A DNA stretch of 64,000 nucleotides, from positions 207,452,001-207,516,000 of the forward strand of contig OZ024743.1 of assembly GCA_964016885.1 (NCBI GenBank), read 5' to 3'. The notes below the pieces were generated by a model. That model was not told the DNA's origin, did not search any database, and saw only the letters and a list, made by a program, of their open reading frames with translations. This DNA comes from Eledone cirrhosa (taxonomy: Eukaryota). The position numbers and the translations under genes are program-made. This document shows, in pieces, positions 42,401-57,115 of the stretch (positions are counted from its first letter, which is position 1; the number at the start of each line of letters is the position of its first letter).

Positions 42401-42599
42401 TAGGCATGTCAAACATGGAGCCGTTTACAAGCACACCTGCGGCCTGCAGAAAGGTTTTTACAGCGTGAGTTTGTTTTATCTTCGTAATAGAAAATAAAAA
42501 AAAATTAGTTGTAATGTGCGCAATTAATTGTGTGTGGCCCTGAGACAACACATATGTGACCCATGTGGCTCTCAGGGGGCCTTCAGTTTGACATGCCTG
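42401..42599. mobile_element. hAT (Charlie-like) MITE
   Basis: TIRs TAGGCATGTCAAAC / GTTTGACATGCCTG; 8-bp target site duplication (TSD) GTTTAGGG / GTGTAGGG with one mismatch. Confidence 0.85.
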
Positions 42600-43954
42600 G
42601 TGTAGGGTGTTTGCTCAGTGTTTGGTGCAATCCTGGTTGTATCTACATATATTTGTATGTGTTTCGGATGTCAACAAGTTAAGATCAGTAAAACCATTAT
42701 TCCACTTGATAGTCCATACTTAAGGAAAGTAGTGTAGATATTATAAGGATATTTGTTTAATCAATTTAGACGTCTGTATAGAGCTAGTAAGCCATGACAG
42801 ACTAGGGGAATTATCTAGTACTTTTTACAGTTGAGAAACAAAAAAACAAGATATACAGAGATAGGTGAATATCACCATTGTTTTTACGTCTGCCTTTTCA
42901 TGCATGGGTTGGATGCGTCCTTCTTAGTATGGCATTTCTCCACACGTTGCAATCCTTTGTCATTTCCTCTGTGAGTCTCAGTGATTTGAGGTCAGCTCTC
43001 ACAACCTCTGCCCATAAGAATTTTAAAAATGGCGGAATAAACATTAAAAAAATGCTATCTCCTTCTCTCAGCTGGCCTATCTCATGTCACTCAAACACAT
43101 CTACGCCATACATTCACTGAAGCATATTTACTCTCTCTGATTACTTGGGAATAAATTATTTTCATGTTGTTTCTCAATTAAAAACCAAATTTCCACTGTA
43201 ATATTACAAGGATATCCTACTGGTTTATTTCCTAGTCTTCTCTAAATGTTGAAGTCTTATTTTGAACCTTTGAAAAGAAATCAATATTTCTCAATTTTAA
43301 AACTTGTTTGATTAATTTGGTTAAAAACAAAATTTGTAAAAGTGTCTTTTTTTTCTCTTTTTATTTTACTTTTTATTTTCTTAGACTTTCTCCCCTTTTT
43401 ATTTTTTTCATTTTCCTTTTTTTTCTTTTAGTAGTAAATTAAAAATATCGACTTTTACACCCAAAATAATATTCTGTCAGAAAGTAATGTCTTGTTATAG
43501 AACACATTATTGAGACTTAAACCTTTATTTCATCTAATGATTGAAAAAAAAATGTATTTGAGTGTTTTCACATCAGTGGATTTACTTTAGATTAGCACTG
43601 AAAGTCAACAAAACCTCAAGAACTATCACCACCACCATTATCATCACCATTGTCATGATCATCATGATTTAATGGTGGGTCTCTCAGACTGATATGAGAA
43701 AGGATGAGAGTCTGTGAGATCTTCAGATTGGTGATAGTCCAAATACCTGAAATAATGGACTCTGCTAGGACTACATGTGGGCCAAGTGGTGGTGGTGGTG
43801 GTGACAGTGAGAATTCTATTAAACTAGACAACAGATTAAGTTTACTACAGGTGTGAATTATATACCTAAACAGATGTGAAAAAGCATGATAAAGTAGTCT
43901 AAGTGGTATGATATATATTTACAATTAGGTGCACCTGTCATCTCGCCTGTTTAC

Positions 43955-45125
43955 ATCCAGGTAAACTAGGGATATGACATCTGATTAAAGCCAGGTAAAC
44001 TAGGGATATGACGCCTGATTAAAACCAGGTAAACTAGGGATATGACATCTGATTAAAGCCAGGTTAACTAGGGATATGACACCTGATTAAAACCAGGTAA
44101 ACTAGGGATATGACACCTGATTAAAGCCAGGTTAACTAGGGATATGACACCTGATTAAAGCCAGGTAAACTAGGGATATGACACCTGATTAAAGCCAGGT
44201 AAACTAGGGATATGACACCTGATTAAAGCCAGGTAAACTAGGGATATGACACCTGATTAAAGCCAGGTTAACTAGGGATATGACACCTGATTAAAGCCAG
44301 GTTAACTAGGGATATGACACCTGATTAAAGCCAGGTAAACTAGGGATATGACACCTGATTAAAGCCAGGTTAACTAGGGATATGACGCCTGATTATATAG
44401 CCAGGTTAACTAGGGATATGACACCTGATTACAGCAAGGTAAACTAAGTATATGACACCTGTTTACAGCAAGGTAAACTAGGGATATGACACCTGTTTAC
44501 AGCAAGGTAAACTAGGGATATGACACCTGTTTACAGCAAGGTAAACTAGGGATATGACACCTGTTCACAGCAAGGTTAACTAGGGATATGACACCTGTTC
44601 ACAGCAAGGTAAACTAGGGATATGACACCTGTTTACAGCAAGGTAAACTAGGGATATGACACCTGTTTACAGCAAGGTAAACTAGGGATATGACACCTGT
44701 TTACAGCAAGGTAAACTAGGGATATGACACCTGTTTACAGCAAGGTAAACTAGGGATATGACACCTGTTTACAGCAAGGTTAACTAGGGATATGACACCT
44801 GTTTACAGCAAGGTAAACTAGGGATATGACACCTGTTTACAGCAAGGTAAACTAGGGATATGACACCTGTTCACAGCAAGGTAAACTAGGGATATGACAC
44901 CTGTTCACAGCAAGGTTAACTAGGGATATGACACCTGTTTACAGCAAGGTAAACTAGGGATATGACACCTGTTCACAGCAAGGTTAACTAGGGATATGAC
45001 ACCTGTTCACAGCAAGGTAAACTAAGTATATGACACCTTTTTACTCTGGGGTAAACTAGGGATATGACACCTGTCACTTCACCTGATTACAACCAGGTAA
45101 ACTAGGGATACGACATGGCACCTGT
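43955..45125. repeat. 34-bp minisatellite, about 34 copies, two sub-blocks
   Basis: GGT(A/T)AACTAGGGATATGACACCTG + ATTAAAGCCA (first half) or TTTACAGCAA (second half). Confidence 0.95.
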
Positions 45126-45692
45126 TTATACTGGGGTGAATTGGAGACATGGCACCTGTTGCATTGAAGAGAGGACACACATTTTCAAGTTGAATAATGT
45201 AAATTAATGGCTGAGGCCCAACTAGTTCTGTTTCTATTTCATAGTTGAGGTTTTTTACTAGCAATGGCATTTAATTGTTGCAACAAATTCCCTCTAATTA
45301 TACTGTTTTGGGCTCCAACCCATGCATACAAGCCCACAAAGCTGCACATGCTCCCCTACGAGGATGATGATGATGTTATGAAAACTAAAAACAAATTCAA
45401 TATCAAGTTATAAGTTGATCGAGCGTTGAACTAAATGGTTTTATTCCTTGAATGATTTCAGTCATTGATTGTAGCCATACCAGAACACAGCTTTGTAGGG
45501 TTTTAGTCTGACTAATACAGTAACTATTTCATTGAAATACTTATTTCATCCACCTCTAATCAATGACTGTCAATATTTGATGTAAAGGAATGTAACTTGA
45601 CACACTAGTTTGTATACATACAGACACACACACACACATACAGACTGATAGACACACATACAGACACACATACAAACATGCAGGCACACACG

Positions 45693-45727
<35 letters not shown>

Positions 45728-45749
45728 ATAGACACACATACACAGTATG

Positions 45750-47105
45750 ACACCCATACACAGACAGATACACCCATACACAGACAGATACACCCATACA
45801 CAGACAGATACACCCATACATGGACAGATACACCCATACACGGACAGATACACCCATACACGGACAGATACACCCATACACGGACAGATACACCCATACA
45901 CGGACAGACACACACTCATACACGGACGGACACACACTCATACACGGACGGACACACACTCATACACGGACAGACACACACTCATACACGGACAGACACA
46001 CACTCATACACGGACAGACACACACTCATACACGGACAGACACACACTCATACACGGACAGACACACACTCATACACGGACAGACACACACTCATACACG
46101 GACAGACACACACTCATACACGGACAGACACACACTCATACACGGACAGACACACGCTCATACACGGACAGACACGCGCTCATACACGGACAGACACGCA
46201 CTCATACACGGACAGACACGCACTCATACACGGACAGACACGCACTCATACACGGACAGACACGCACTCATACACGGACACACACTCATACACGGACAGA
46301 CACACACTCATACACGGACAGACACACACTCATACACGGACAGACACACACTCATACACGGACAGACACACACTCATACACGGACAGACACACACTCATA
46401 CACGGACGGACACACACTCATACACGGACGGACACACACTCATACACGGACGGACACACACTCATACACGGACAGACACACACTCATACACGGACAGACA
46501 CACACTCATACACGGACAGACACACACTCATACACGGACAGACACACACTCATACACGGACAGACACACACTCATACACGGACAGACACACGCTCATACA
46601 CGGACAGACACACGCTCATACACGGACAGACACACGCTCATACACGGACAGACACGCACTCATACACGGACAGACACGCACTCATACACGGACAGACACG
46701 CACTCATACACGGACAGACACGCACACACTCATACACGGACAGACACACACTCATACACGGACAGGCACGCACTCATACACGGACAGGCACGCACTCATA
46801 CACGGACAGACACGCACTCATACACGGACAGACACGCACTCATACACGGACAGACACACACTCGTACACGGACGGACACACACATACACGGACGGACACA
46901 CTCATACACGGACGGACACACTCATACACGGACGGACACACTCATACACGGACACACACACTCATACACGGACAGACACACACTCATACACGGACAGACA
47001 CACACTCATACACGGACAGACACACACTCATACACGGACAGACACACACTCATACACGGACAGACACACACTCATACACGGACAGACACACACTCATACA
47101 CGGAC
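45750..47105. repeat. 20-22 bp CA-rich minisatellite
   Basis: CACCCATACACGGACAGATA units, then CACACTCATACACGGACAGACA units. Confidence 0.95.
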
Positions 47106-47377
47106 AGATACAGACAGACAGATACAGACACATAGATACAGACAGACAGACATACTCACTCACGCACACATATGACAAATGTACAACAACCAAAGTTCCT
47201 TCACTTAAGATATTGATCAACTTAGTGACAATAGAAGACACCTTGTCTATCATCATGATGATGTTAGGAAGGACATCCAGCTGTAGAAAGCTGTTTGGGA
47301 GGTCAGTTGCCCAGCTTCAATAATGACTTGGTCTATGTAGACCGGTCGAACCTTTGCTAGCAGGGAAAGTGGATGTT

Positions 47378-47555
47378 AAATGATGATGATGATGATTTCA
47401 AGCAAGGAAAATAGACTTTAAATGATGATGATGATGATTGCAAGCAAGGAAAATAGACTTTAAATGATGATGGTGACGATTGCAAGCAAGGAAAATAGAC
47501 TTTAAATGATGATGGTGACGATTGCAAGCAAGGAAAATAGACTTTAAATGATGAT
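47378..47555 (+). repeat. Tandem amplification (~42 bp x4) of a SINE/RTE 3' tail
   Basis: AAATGATGATG..GATTGCAAGCAAGGAAAATAGACTTT repeated after a SINE family 1 remnant. Confidence 0.75.
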
Positions 47556-48256
47556 GATGTTTGTGATGATGCTGATGTTTATGATGATGATGCTGATAAT
47601 GTTTGTGATGATGTGTATTATAATTATTATTGTAGTTGTTTTGATAGTGTCATTAACAAACAATACAGATTGTCTGATAATATTCATAAATGATGTCTTA
47701 TGAAATATTATTGTTAGATGTTATTAAATAAGTTATTAGTAGGAATAACTGAGTTGATGGCTTGCCAGTTTAATATATCTTATCACTGGGTTTCTGCTGA
47801 AAACATTTAACTCTCAACAGCACAAACCATGAGAAAATAAATGCATAGTGCACTCTGTTGAGTGCACCATGCAAGCAAGATCCCAGTGAAAGGAAGCTGC
47901 AGTACAGGAAGACCAAGAAAGACCTGAGCAGAGGTGGTGAGAGCTGACTTCAAATCATTGAGACTCACAGGAAATCCCAGTGGAAGGAAGCTGCAGTAGA
48001 GGAAGACAAAGAAAAACCTGGACAGAGGTGGTGGGAGTTGACCTCAAATCGTTAGCTAAGACTGGCAGAGGAGATGACGAGGGAATGCAATGAGTGGAGA
48101 GAGACCGTGCCGAGAAGGACCTGGCCAACCCATGCATGCATTTTGAGTTACATGTATATTTGTGCATGTTTCTCTATCTATACATGTGTATATGCAGTTA
48201 TTACTATTTCTGAAATATTTTACAATATTTTTACATTTCCATTAATGAATATAACT

Positions 48257-48937
48257 AGCTGTATCCTTTCTGATTCTGTGAAGCCTAGCTGTACTCTTTC
48301 TGGTTCTATGAAGCTCAGCTGTACTCTTTCTGAGCCCAACTGTACCCTTTTTGGTTCTGTGAAGCCCAGCTGTACCCTTTCTGGTTCTGTGAAGCCCAGC
48401 TGTAGCCCAGCTGTATCCTTTCTGATTCTGTGAAGCCTAGCTGTATCCTTTCTGATTCTGTGAAGCCTAGCTGTACCCTTTCTGGTTCTGTGAAGCCCAG
48501 CTGTACTCTTTCTGGTTCTGTGAAGCCCAGCTGTACTCTTTCTGGTTCTGTGAAGCCCAGCTGTACCCTTTCTGGTTCTGTGAAGCCCAGCTGTACCCTT
48601 TCTGGTTCTGTGAAGCCCAGCAGTACCCTTTCTGGTTCTGTGAAGCCCAGCTGTACCCTTTCTGGTTCTGTGAAGCCCAGCTGTACCCTTTCTGGTTCTG
48701 TGAAGCCCAGCTGTACCCTTTCTGGTTCTGTGAAGCCCAGCTGTACCCTTTCTGGTTCTGTGAAGCGCAGCTGTACTCTTTCTGGTTCTGTGAAGCGCAG
48801 CTGTACTCTTTCTGGTTCTGTGAAGCCTAGCTGTACTCTTTCTGGTTCTGTGAAGCCCAGCTGTACTCTTTCTGGTTCTGTGAAGCCCAGCTGTACTCTT
48901 TCTGGTTCTGTGAAGCCTAGCTGTACTCTTTCTGGTT
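48257..48937. repeat. 30-bp minisatellite, about 22 copies
   Basis: TCTGGTTCTGTGAAGCCCAGCTGTAC(C/T)CTT. Confidence 0.95.
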
Positions 48938-50267
48938 CATCAGGTATTCAAAATTTAACAAAGGAATATAATCCATGGGGCTGAAAAGGCAGAGAGACAA
49001 GAAGGCGGCCACACATTTAGCAGTTTCTAATTCGGTCGGGCGCCTTCAAGTATATATATATATCCAGCTGTAAAATACCCAGCCAAATTTATAGTCCTTG
49101 CCAGAGCATGGTGCATCATGGCCAGACTTACCTCCCAGCATGGATGACCCATCTAACCCATGCAAGCATGGAACAATTGATGCTAAACGGAAATGATGAT
49201 ATGTGGTAAAGAACTGTTAGAAATGGTTAATTACCAGACTGCATTAAGTTATGCCTTCAGTTCAAATCCTACTGAGATGTAACTTAATTAATTATATCTT
49301 CACTATGTTGGTGGCTTTAGGCCAATGTAAAATATTGATATTTATTTATACACACACAGACAAAAACACACAGAGATACAGAAACACACATACAGACACA
49401 TACAGACACATACAGACACATACTTACACACACACACATAGACACACACACATACATGACAAAAAGTGCCTAGCTTACTCGGTAAACTGGTTGTGTAGGT
49501 GTCATGACAAAAAACGTCCAGTCTACACTGTAAATGTAGTTGGTGTTAGGAATGGTACCCAGCTGTAGAAACCAAGCCAAAATCAGTTCCATATGAACAA
49601 GACATGGTCACCTGATCTGGCTTGACTCACAACAGGACAACTCACTTAACCCATGCTAGCATGGAAAAATGGACATTAACTGGTGATGATGATATTCAAT
49701 TGAAGGTGATGAATCACTCCATTTTGTTTCAGTATTTTCTCACATCTTATGTTTAGACAACTTGGTTATTCAATTTTATATTAGCTCAAGGGTCATACAT
49801 GATGGAAACTCTGTAGAGACAGTGAGTTATCAGCTTTAATGAAAGAATATATAAAATATTACCAAATATATTGAGTTCTTCGTCTCATGTATAATGATTT
49901 AAAAAAATTCCTTTGTTGATGTAGCATCGGACAATTGCTTTTTCAGCAACAGATTTGAATGGAAGAATTATCAATTTTAACTGCTGCCACTATTGTTATT
50001 ATATTGGTAGTGTTGGACACCGTGCTTAGTGGTATGTAGTTATGTCTCTTTACGGTCTGTGTTCAAATTCATCCTTTTAGGATTGATAAAATAAAGTACC
50101 AGTAATGTACTGGAGTCGATTTAATCAATTTTCTCCTCACCCCCCAAAATTGCCGGCCTTATGCCTAAATCAGAAATCATTATTATTATTGTTGTCCCCC
50201 CCCCCCCCTTGGGGAATTTGTATTGTTATAATTTTTATATATTGTTTACCCAATTTATTTTTTGTAA

Positions 50268-50600
<333 letters not shown>

Positions 50601-51761
50601 TAATTGGCAAGCATCATACAGTGAGTTAACTCTTAATGTCTTGTACCACATAAAATCACATTAGTAAGACATTCTTATAAAATACAAAACGGCCCAGTGA
50701 TGGTTACACATTAAAAATTACTCTTTATTTGGATACTGCAAATTTTCCACAGCAATTTCTCCACAGTAAAGATACTATAAATGTTTGAATTAACAAACAT
50801 GGCCAAATCTGTCAATTTCAAATTGAAGCCATTTCATTTCAATGAAGAAATATAAATGTAAATCCTTATTGTAAATCCATAAAATACTGCTTCATGGTTA
50901 GGTTTCTGCCTGCTACTGGTACCATGTAGCCCAGTACAAATTGATTCATGGTTGAGTGGTCAGTGACTAAAAATTTGCTTCAATCATATTCTGTCGAGGG
51001 ACAGTCTTGTATTCTGTCACTTCACATTATGAAACCAGGATAAGCACCTGCCTGATGAACTTGAGACAGTCTTTAACCCTGCGATGAACTGGTGTTCTGT
51101 TCAGGGGGGGGTCTTGTACTCTGTCACTTCATGTTATGAAACTAGGATAAGCACCCACCTAACGAGCCTCGGCTTGAGACAGACTTTAGACTGTACTGTG
51201 GTGATTCTTCTGTGTAATCTCAATAGTACACAGAAATTTTGTCGATGAATAAGATGCAATCTAACCTTATTTTACTTTACCTTGTTGGTTTGCCTACTAT
51301 TTAAAGTTAAAGTCTGTCCTAAGTCCAGAGGTTCACCAGGCTGGTGTCTATCCCTGTTTCATTGGCATTAAGTGACTTAATATACAATCCATTGCAGGGT
51401 TGACCTCTAGCCATTGCTGGAGCAACATGAAATGAAATCTTTTTCTTAAGAACACAACATGCCACTAGCTCCAGGAATTGAACCCACAGTTTTATGATTG
51501 TAAGTTCAATGCGCTAACCACTAGGCCACACACCTAGTCTTTACCCTCACCTACCACTGTTTGAGTAGATAAAAAAACATTTCTTGGCTTCAGAAAAGGA
51601 AACTTTCAGGAGTCAACTAATATAATTTTACCTCCTCTAATCTTGAAATGTTAATTGGTTTCAATTTAAATGTTTAAAGCTTTGGCAATTAATAGAAAAT
51701 GTTTGTGGGTTAAGTTTATATTGAATGATTGATTTAGGTTTAGCTAAGTTGAAATAACCCT

Positions 51762-52051
51762 TTAACCCTTTAGTTACCAACCTGGCCAAAACCAGCTCTG
51801 GTTCTATAAAATAAAACCATCTGTTTTAACCCTTTAGTTACCAACCTGGTCAAAACCAGCTCTGGTTTTATGAAATAAAACCACCCATTTTAAAGGTTTC
51901 CATTTTAAATTAAAATCTTCCAGCATAATTTTATATAAGAACCTTACATTAAGTTTCTATCTTAGTAATGAATAATTTTAGTAAATCCCTCAAAATTCTC
52001 CATAAATTAAAATAGTGTATTTCATTAGAAATATAGTTATGATAGGGTTAA
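51762..52051. mobile_element. piggyBac-like MITE with duplicated left end
   Basis: TTAA-CCCT ... AGGG-TTAA; first ~64 bp duplicated in tandem; same family as ~22090-22307 and 23692-24721. Confidence 0.8.
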
Positions 52052-53672
52052 GCTTTACTGTAGTGGTGTAAAAGCTACCATAGATGAGTTATGATACAGC
52101 TATGTTAAGTTACTGATATAAGCTAACCATTTATTACTACCATGTCTAGCAAGGAATTCTTACAGAGAATATAAAAAGAATATGCCATGATGACAACTTT
52201 GCAGGGAGTTTTCAGTATTGAATTGCAAACATTTTCTTTTCCTTTCCTTTCTGCTCTAGGGGTTTTTCCTCAAGCTGAGAACCCATCTCTTATTCTTTGA
52301 AACACTATATGACATTATTTAAATTTTGGTTCTCAAATTCAGGGAGTAATTCTTTGCTGTTTGTATGGAAATAAATATATTTCTTTTTCTAAGTAATATC
52401 TACTACTAAGCTATTTATATTGAAAAGTAACTTGTGTTTCTTGTGTTACTAAGAATTGATAAAAATAGATTGTTGAGTTAATATGAATTCCTTGAAGGAA
52501 ATAACTTTATTGCTAGATATGAATAAATTGAGTTGGAAATGATATGAACAAAGGTTGACTTCAAAAGCATTGGCGAAAATTTGAAATGTGTGTGTACTAC
52601 TGCAAATGACCATAATAATAGTTAATCTCTATAAACAATCATTGCCGTCTGGTTTAATATTAGTAAAAGGAACAGTTGCTAGGTGGCTTTATTGTCTGCC
52701 TGACACATTATCTTGAAATTTTCTCTAGGAATGAATGAAACAAGGAAGTGTATTGGGTCATAATTAAAAAAAAAGATTTAGGCTCTTTCTCTAAAGATGC
52801 TTGTCGAAGTTATGTCTGAATGAGTATCCTGCACTACCAACTAACTTACCCTCTACCTCTGGGTCCTGGCCAACAGGATGAAGAATGCATTGCCTCAGAG
52901 GACAGCAATGGAGTACTTGTCACAAGCATTGGATGTTTTGGTAGCCTCTTTCAAAGCATCTCTCTAGAGTTCATTCCAGGGATAGGTTTTGGTCTAGGTT
53001 CCAGGCTTTAACATCATCCCTGATTACCTCTTTCCAGGCCTTAGGTGGGTGCCCTATTCCCAAATAGTTGAGAAAATTGATTAAAGACAGGAAAAAAGCA
53101 GACAGAGGTGCCTGTGAGGAATCACACCCCACTTCCCCTTTGTTTTTGCTGAGTCTAAGGATGTGTGACAGTAATCACAACCTTAAAAATTCATAGTGAA
53201 AGGTTGTCAAATGTTTTTCATAAATATCATGTATATTACTCAATATACAACACATACATTTTTTTTTTTTTAGTTGCTCGTTAAATAAAGGATTCTGTGA
53301 CTTTGACAGGGATTGCTTAGATTGGTTGATATTTTATGCAAGTTGTTGTTATTGTTGAAATTTTCTTGGGGAATCTTAGAGTAGAATTTTCATCATTTTG
53401 TTTTAGAGATAAACTGTTCTGAACAGCTTCCAGGCTGTGTGATATATATAGTATAACCCATGGTAATGTGCAAAAATGGATGTTAAACAGTGATGATGTG
53501 TATCAGAGAGAGAGATGAGGTGCAGAGAGAGAGAGATGTTTCAACGGTGCTAACATATAGCAAGATGTTTGATGTTTGGTCTTTGAAATATTCTTAAATC
53601 CAATTAAGTAAATGAGTTTTCCAATAAATGTATTTCACAAAGTACAATATAAAGATAGTGGAGAGGGCATCG

Positions 53673-54136
53673 TATATGTGAAGAGAGACCTCTGGTGTTG
53701 GGTGATATTGTGGAAATTAAGGGAGCCCCTTATATGTGAAGAGAGACCTCTGGTGTTGGGTGATATTGTGGAATTTAAGGGAGCCCCTTATATGTGAAGA
53801 GAGACCTCAGGTATTGGATGATATTGTGGAAGTTAAGGGAGCCCCTTATATGTGAAGAGACCTCAGGTGTTGGATGATATTGTGGAAGTTAAGGGAGCCC
53901 CTTATATGTGAAGAGAGACCTCAGGTGTTGGATGATATTGTGGAAGTTAAGGGAGCCCCTTATATGTGAAGAGAGACCTCAGGTGTTGGATGATATTGTG
54001 GAAGTTAAGGGAGCCCCTTATATGTGAAGAGACCTCAGGTGCTGGGTGATATTGTGGAAGTTAAGGGAGCCCCTTATATGTGAAGAGACCTCAGGTTTTG
54101 GGTGATATTGTGGAAGTTAAGGGAGCACCTTATATG
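53673..54136. repeat. 56-58 bp minisatellite, 8 copies
   Basis: TATATGTGAAGAGA(GA)CCTCAGGTGTTGGATGATATTGTGGAAGTTAAGGGAGCCCCT. Confidence 0.95.
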
Positions 54137-54606
54137 ATGCTGTAGTCTGGCTCACTCGTCTCGACCTGCCTCTCTAACTATTGTGTATATGTCATACAAC
54201 AAGATGTCTAGTGATTATAAAAAACACTGTTCAAGGAATAAGTAACTTAGCTCTTATATGATTAGGTGCTGCACTCTGCCTAAAAATCCATTCATGCAAC
54301 AATGTTAGAAGCTGCACACTCCGTCAGATTTTATGAGAGCAATAATTCCATAGCAAATGAGGTTTTATGATTGTGGTTAAAAGAAAAAAAAAAGGGTGGT
54401 TTTTCTGTTTCTGCAACTGATAAAGTCTTCCTGCTCTATAAGAAAATATATTATATATTCTTGGATAATTTAATCAAGTTCAGTTCTTGCTTACATGACA
54501 TTAGTTCACTACGAAATTGGTATTCTCACTTTGATGTGATATGTGCTCACTTAGAATTACAAATATTGTAATATACATTGCGGGGAAACATTAGCATGAT
54601 GGGAAC

Positions 54607-55170
54607 TGTCTGTCCCTCTCTCTGTCTGTCTGTCTCTGTCTGTCCCTCTCTCTGTCTGTCTGTCTCTGTCTGTCTGTCTCTGTCTGTCTGTCTCTCTGTC
54701 TGCCTGTCTGTCTGTCTCTGTCTCTGTCTGTCTCTGTCTGTCTGTCTCTCTCTGTCTGTCTGTCTCTCTGTCTCTGTCTGTCTGTCTGTCTCTCTGTCTG
54801 TCTCTGTCTGTCTGTCTGTCTGTGTCTGTCTGTCTGTCTCAGTCTGTCTGTTTGTCTGTTTCTGTCTCTGTCTGTTGGTCTCTGTCTGTCGGTCTCTGTC
54901 TGTCAGTCTCTGTCTGTCGGTCTCTGTCTGTCGGTCTCTGTCTGTCGGTCTCTGTCTGTCTGTCAGTCTCTGTCTGTCTGTCTGTCTCTGCCTGTCTCTC
55001 TGTCTCTCAGTCTCTGCCTGTCTCTCTGTCTCTCAGTCTCTGCCTGTCTCTCTGTCTCTCAGTCTCTGCCTGTCTCTCTGTCAGTCTGTATGTCTGTCAG
55101 TCTCTGCATGTCAGTCTCTGCATGTCTGTCTCTCTGTCTCTCAGTCTCTGTCTGTCTGTCTGTCTGTCAG
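54607..55170. repeat. (TCTG/TC)n microsatellite, left flank of the LINE
   Basis: Directly visible; continues at 60761-61080. Confidence 0.93.
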
Positions 55171-55490
55171 TCTTTGATAGTAGACGTCTTGCACATCGGC
55201 TCTTCGATTTGGAATTTTTACTTGGATTATTTGTGAGTGTATTATTTAAATTGTTTTTTATTATTGACTCTAACCCCTAGTCTGGGACTGTAGACGTAGG
55301 GTAAATATATTTTCACCCCTTTTGGGGTGAAAAATATTTAATTCAAAATGTTCATCGATATCGTGGAAAACGATATCGTCGAAAACGAGGAAGCCATATT
55401 GGAAGCTAACGCCACGCCTACCAAAAAAAGTGAGAAAGAGGGAACAACAATTCAAACTGTTGAACAGCCCCTCCTCTCGAATAAAAAAAA

Positions 55491-57092
55491 ATGAATATTA
55501 ATTTGAATGAAAACCTAAATTTTGAAGAAAAAAATAACAAGAAAATAAACACCACAAAAGATGAAACCAACAACATTGCAACAACAAGCAACAAAGACAA
55601 CAAAATTTCTTTTGCCCAAACGGTCAGGAAAGCTATAGAGTACAAGCCAATAGACATCACAAACGCTAAGCAGAACTTGCTAAATGCCAGAAAATACATA
55701 TCTTTTGGGGAGGATGGTTCTTTTACGATCAACTCCCTAGAAGAAGTTCGCCAACAGGTATATAGGAATACCATAACCTTCAGAACGATATCCAACGCAA
55801 CAAGAAAGCCAGCTCAATTGACAGAAAGTCAAATTGAGCTGGTGCTGAAAGACATTAAAGAAAACATACTTTTTATTGAAAGAGGAAAGCTGTATGCCAC
55901 CATTATGGTCCGAATGAAGGACGAAATGCTGGCTCAAAAATATTCGGTGGCACCTATAGTGTCACCACAATACACCTTCTTCCCCACATATAAAGGAAGA
56001 ACACAAAGAATAAGAATGTGGAGCCCAACACCAGAAGTTAACATCTGGTCCGTCCTAACAGGATTTATGGACCTAGAAAAGGACATCCTTATTTCAGCAG
56101 GGGAGTCCACCAGTGGACTGTTCGGGGGGAAAAGTCTGGAGGTTCTCTTACAGATGACACCTGAGAGAATCTCCCCGGAATACCCGACTAAGTCCTACTG
56201 GATGGGCGAACCTTCATAAATATTACGGTGGAAGGCAGGAGACCCTCATGTTACCACTGCGCTGGTAGAGGTCACCTGAGGACGGCCTGCCCTCTACTAA
56301 CAACAAAAAAAACCACTGCTACAAACACCACAACAACAAAAACAACCAGCACCACCACCACAAAAACAACAAAATACACTACCATCACCACCACAACAAC
56401 AAAAACCAACACCACCACCACCACCACAACAGCTCAAGAAAACAACCCAAAACACGGTCCCACCCAGCCCCTCCCCACAGAACACAAATACAAAAACACA
56501 CGCAGTTCATACACAACCCGGAGATATACCCCTCCCCTCCAATACGGAAGAGGAGCTCATATCATCGGAAGACGAGGGGGCTCCCTTCCAAAAAGTGAAA
56601 AGAAAAAAACGTAAACACACCACACAAACAAAAATAACCCCACCTGACAAAACAACACAGACAACAAAACGCAAACTCACTCAAGAACAACAAGCAAAAA
56701 CAAACAACACAAAAACTCTACATAAACAAAACAATAAAAACCTAACAGAAAAAATAGAAAACAACCGTTCGGTACAAACTGAAGGGCCGAATTTTGTAAC
56801 GGCAATGGGACTCCCTCACCTGAAAATGGTGAAAGTCCCACTTGACATTTTCAAAACTTTGAAAAACATTTACCCTGAGGACGTGGGACCACCCTGCACC
56901 AGGCCACTCAACCGCGTCCTCCTGAAAGGTTTTCCCCTCCCCTCCTCAAACACCCACACAACTCCAAACACCCCAACCCCTCCACACACACTAATACCCC
57001 CACACCACCACAAACCACCACCCCCACCCATCAACCCCTCCACCAGCCCCATGGAAACTGAGCGGCCCGAACCCCGGGACGCAGAGAGGTAA
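55491..57092 (+). pseudogene. LINE ORF1 (gag-like), disrupted
   Basis: SFAQTV motif, GRRPSCYHCAGRGHLRTAC knuckle and Thr/Lys-rich tail; split over three ORFs by frameshifts and a stop. Confidence 0.8.
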
Positions 57093-57115
57093 GTGCCTCT
57101 TTCTTTGCCACCAAC

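Noticed and set aside
43955-45125. CRISPR-like appearance of 30-40 bp arrays (also 9253, 18022, 48257)
   Set aside because: Units are head-to-tail with no unique spacers, there are no cas genes, and the context is eukaryotic.
45747-47175. 450-aa His/Thr-rich ORFs
   Set aside because: Translation of a 22-bp minisatellite.
48430-48984. 184-aa (KPSCTLSGSV)n ORF
   Set aside because: A 30-bp tandem repeat that is in frame by chance; no supporting gene structure.
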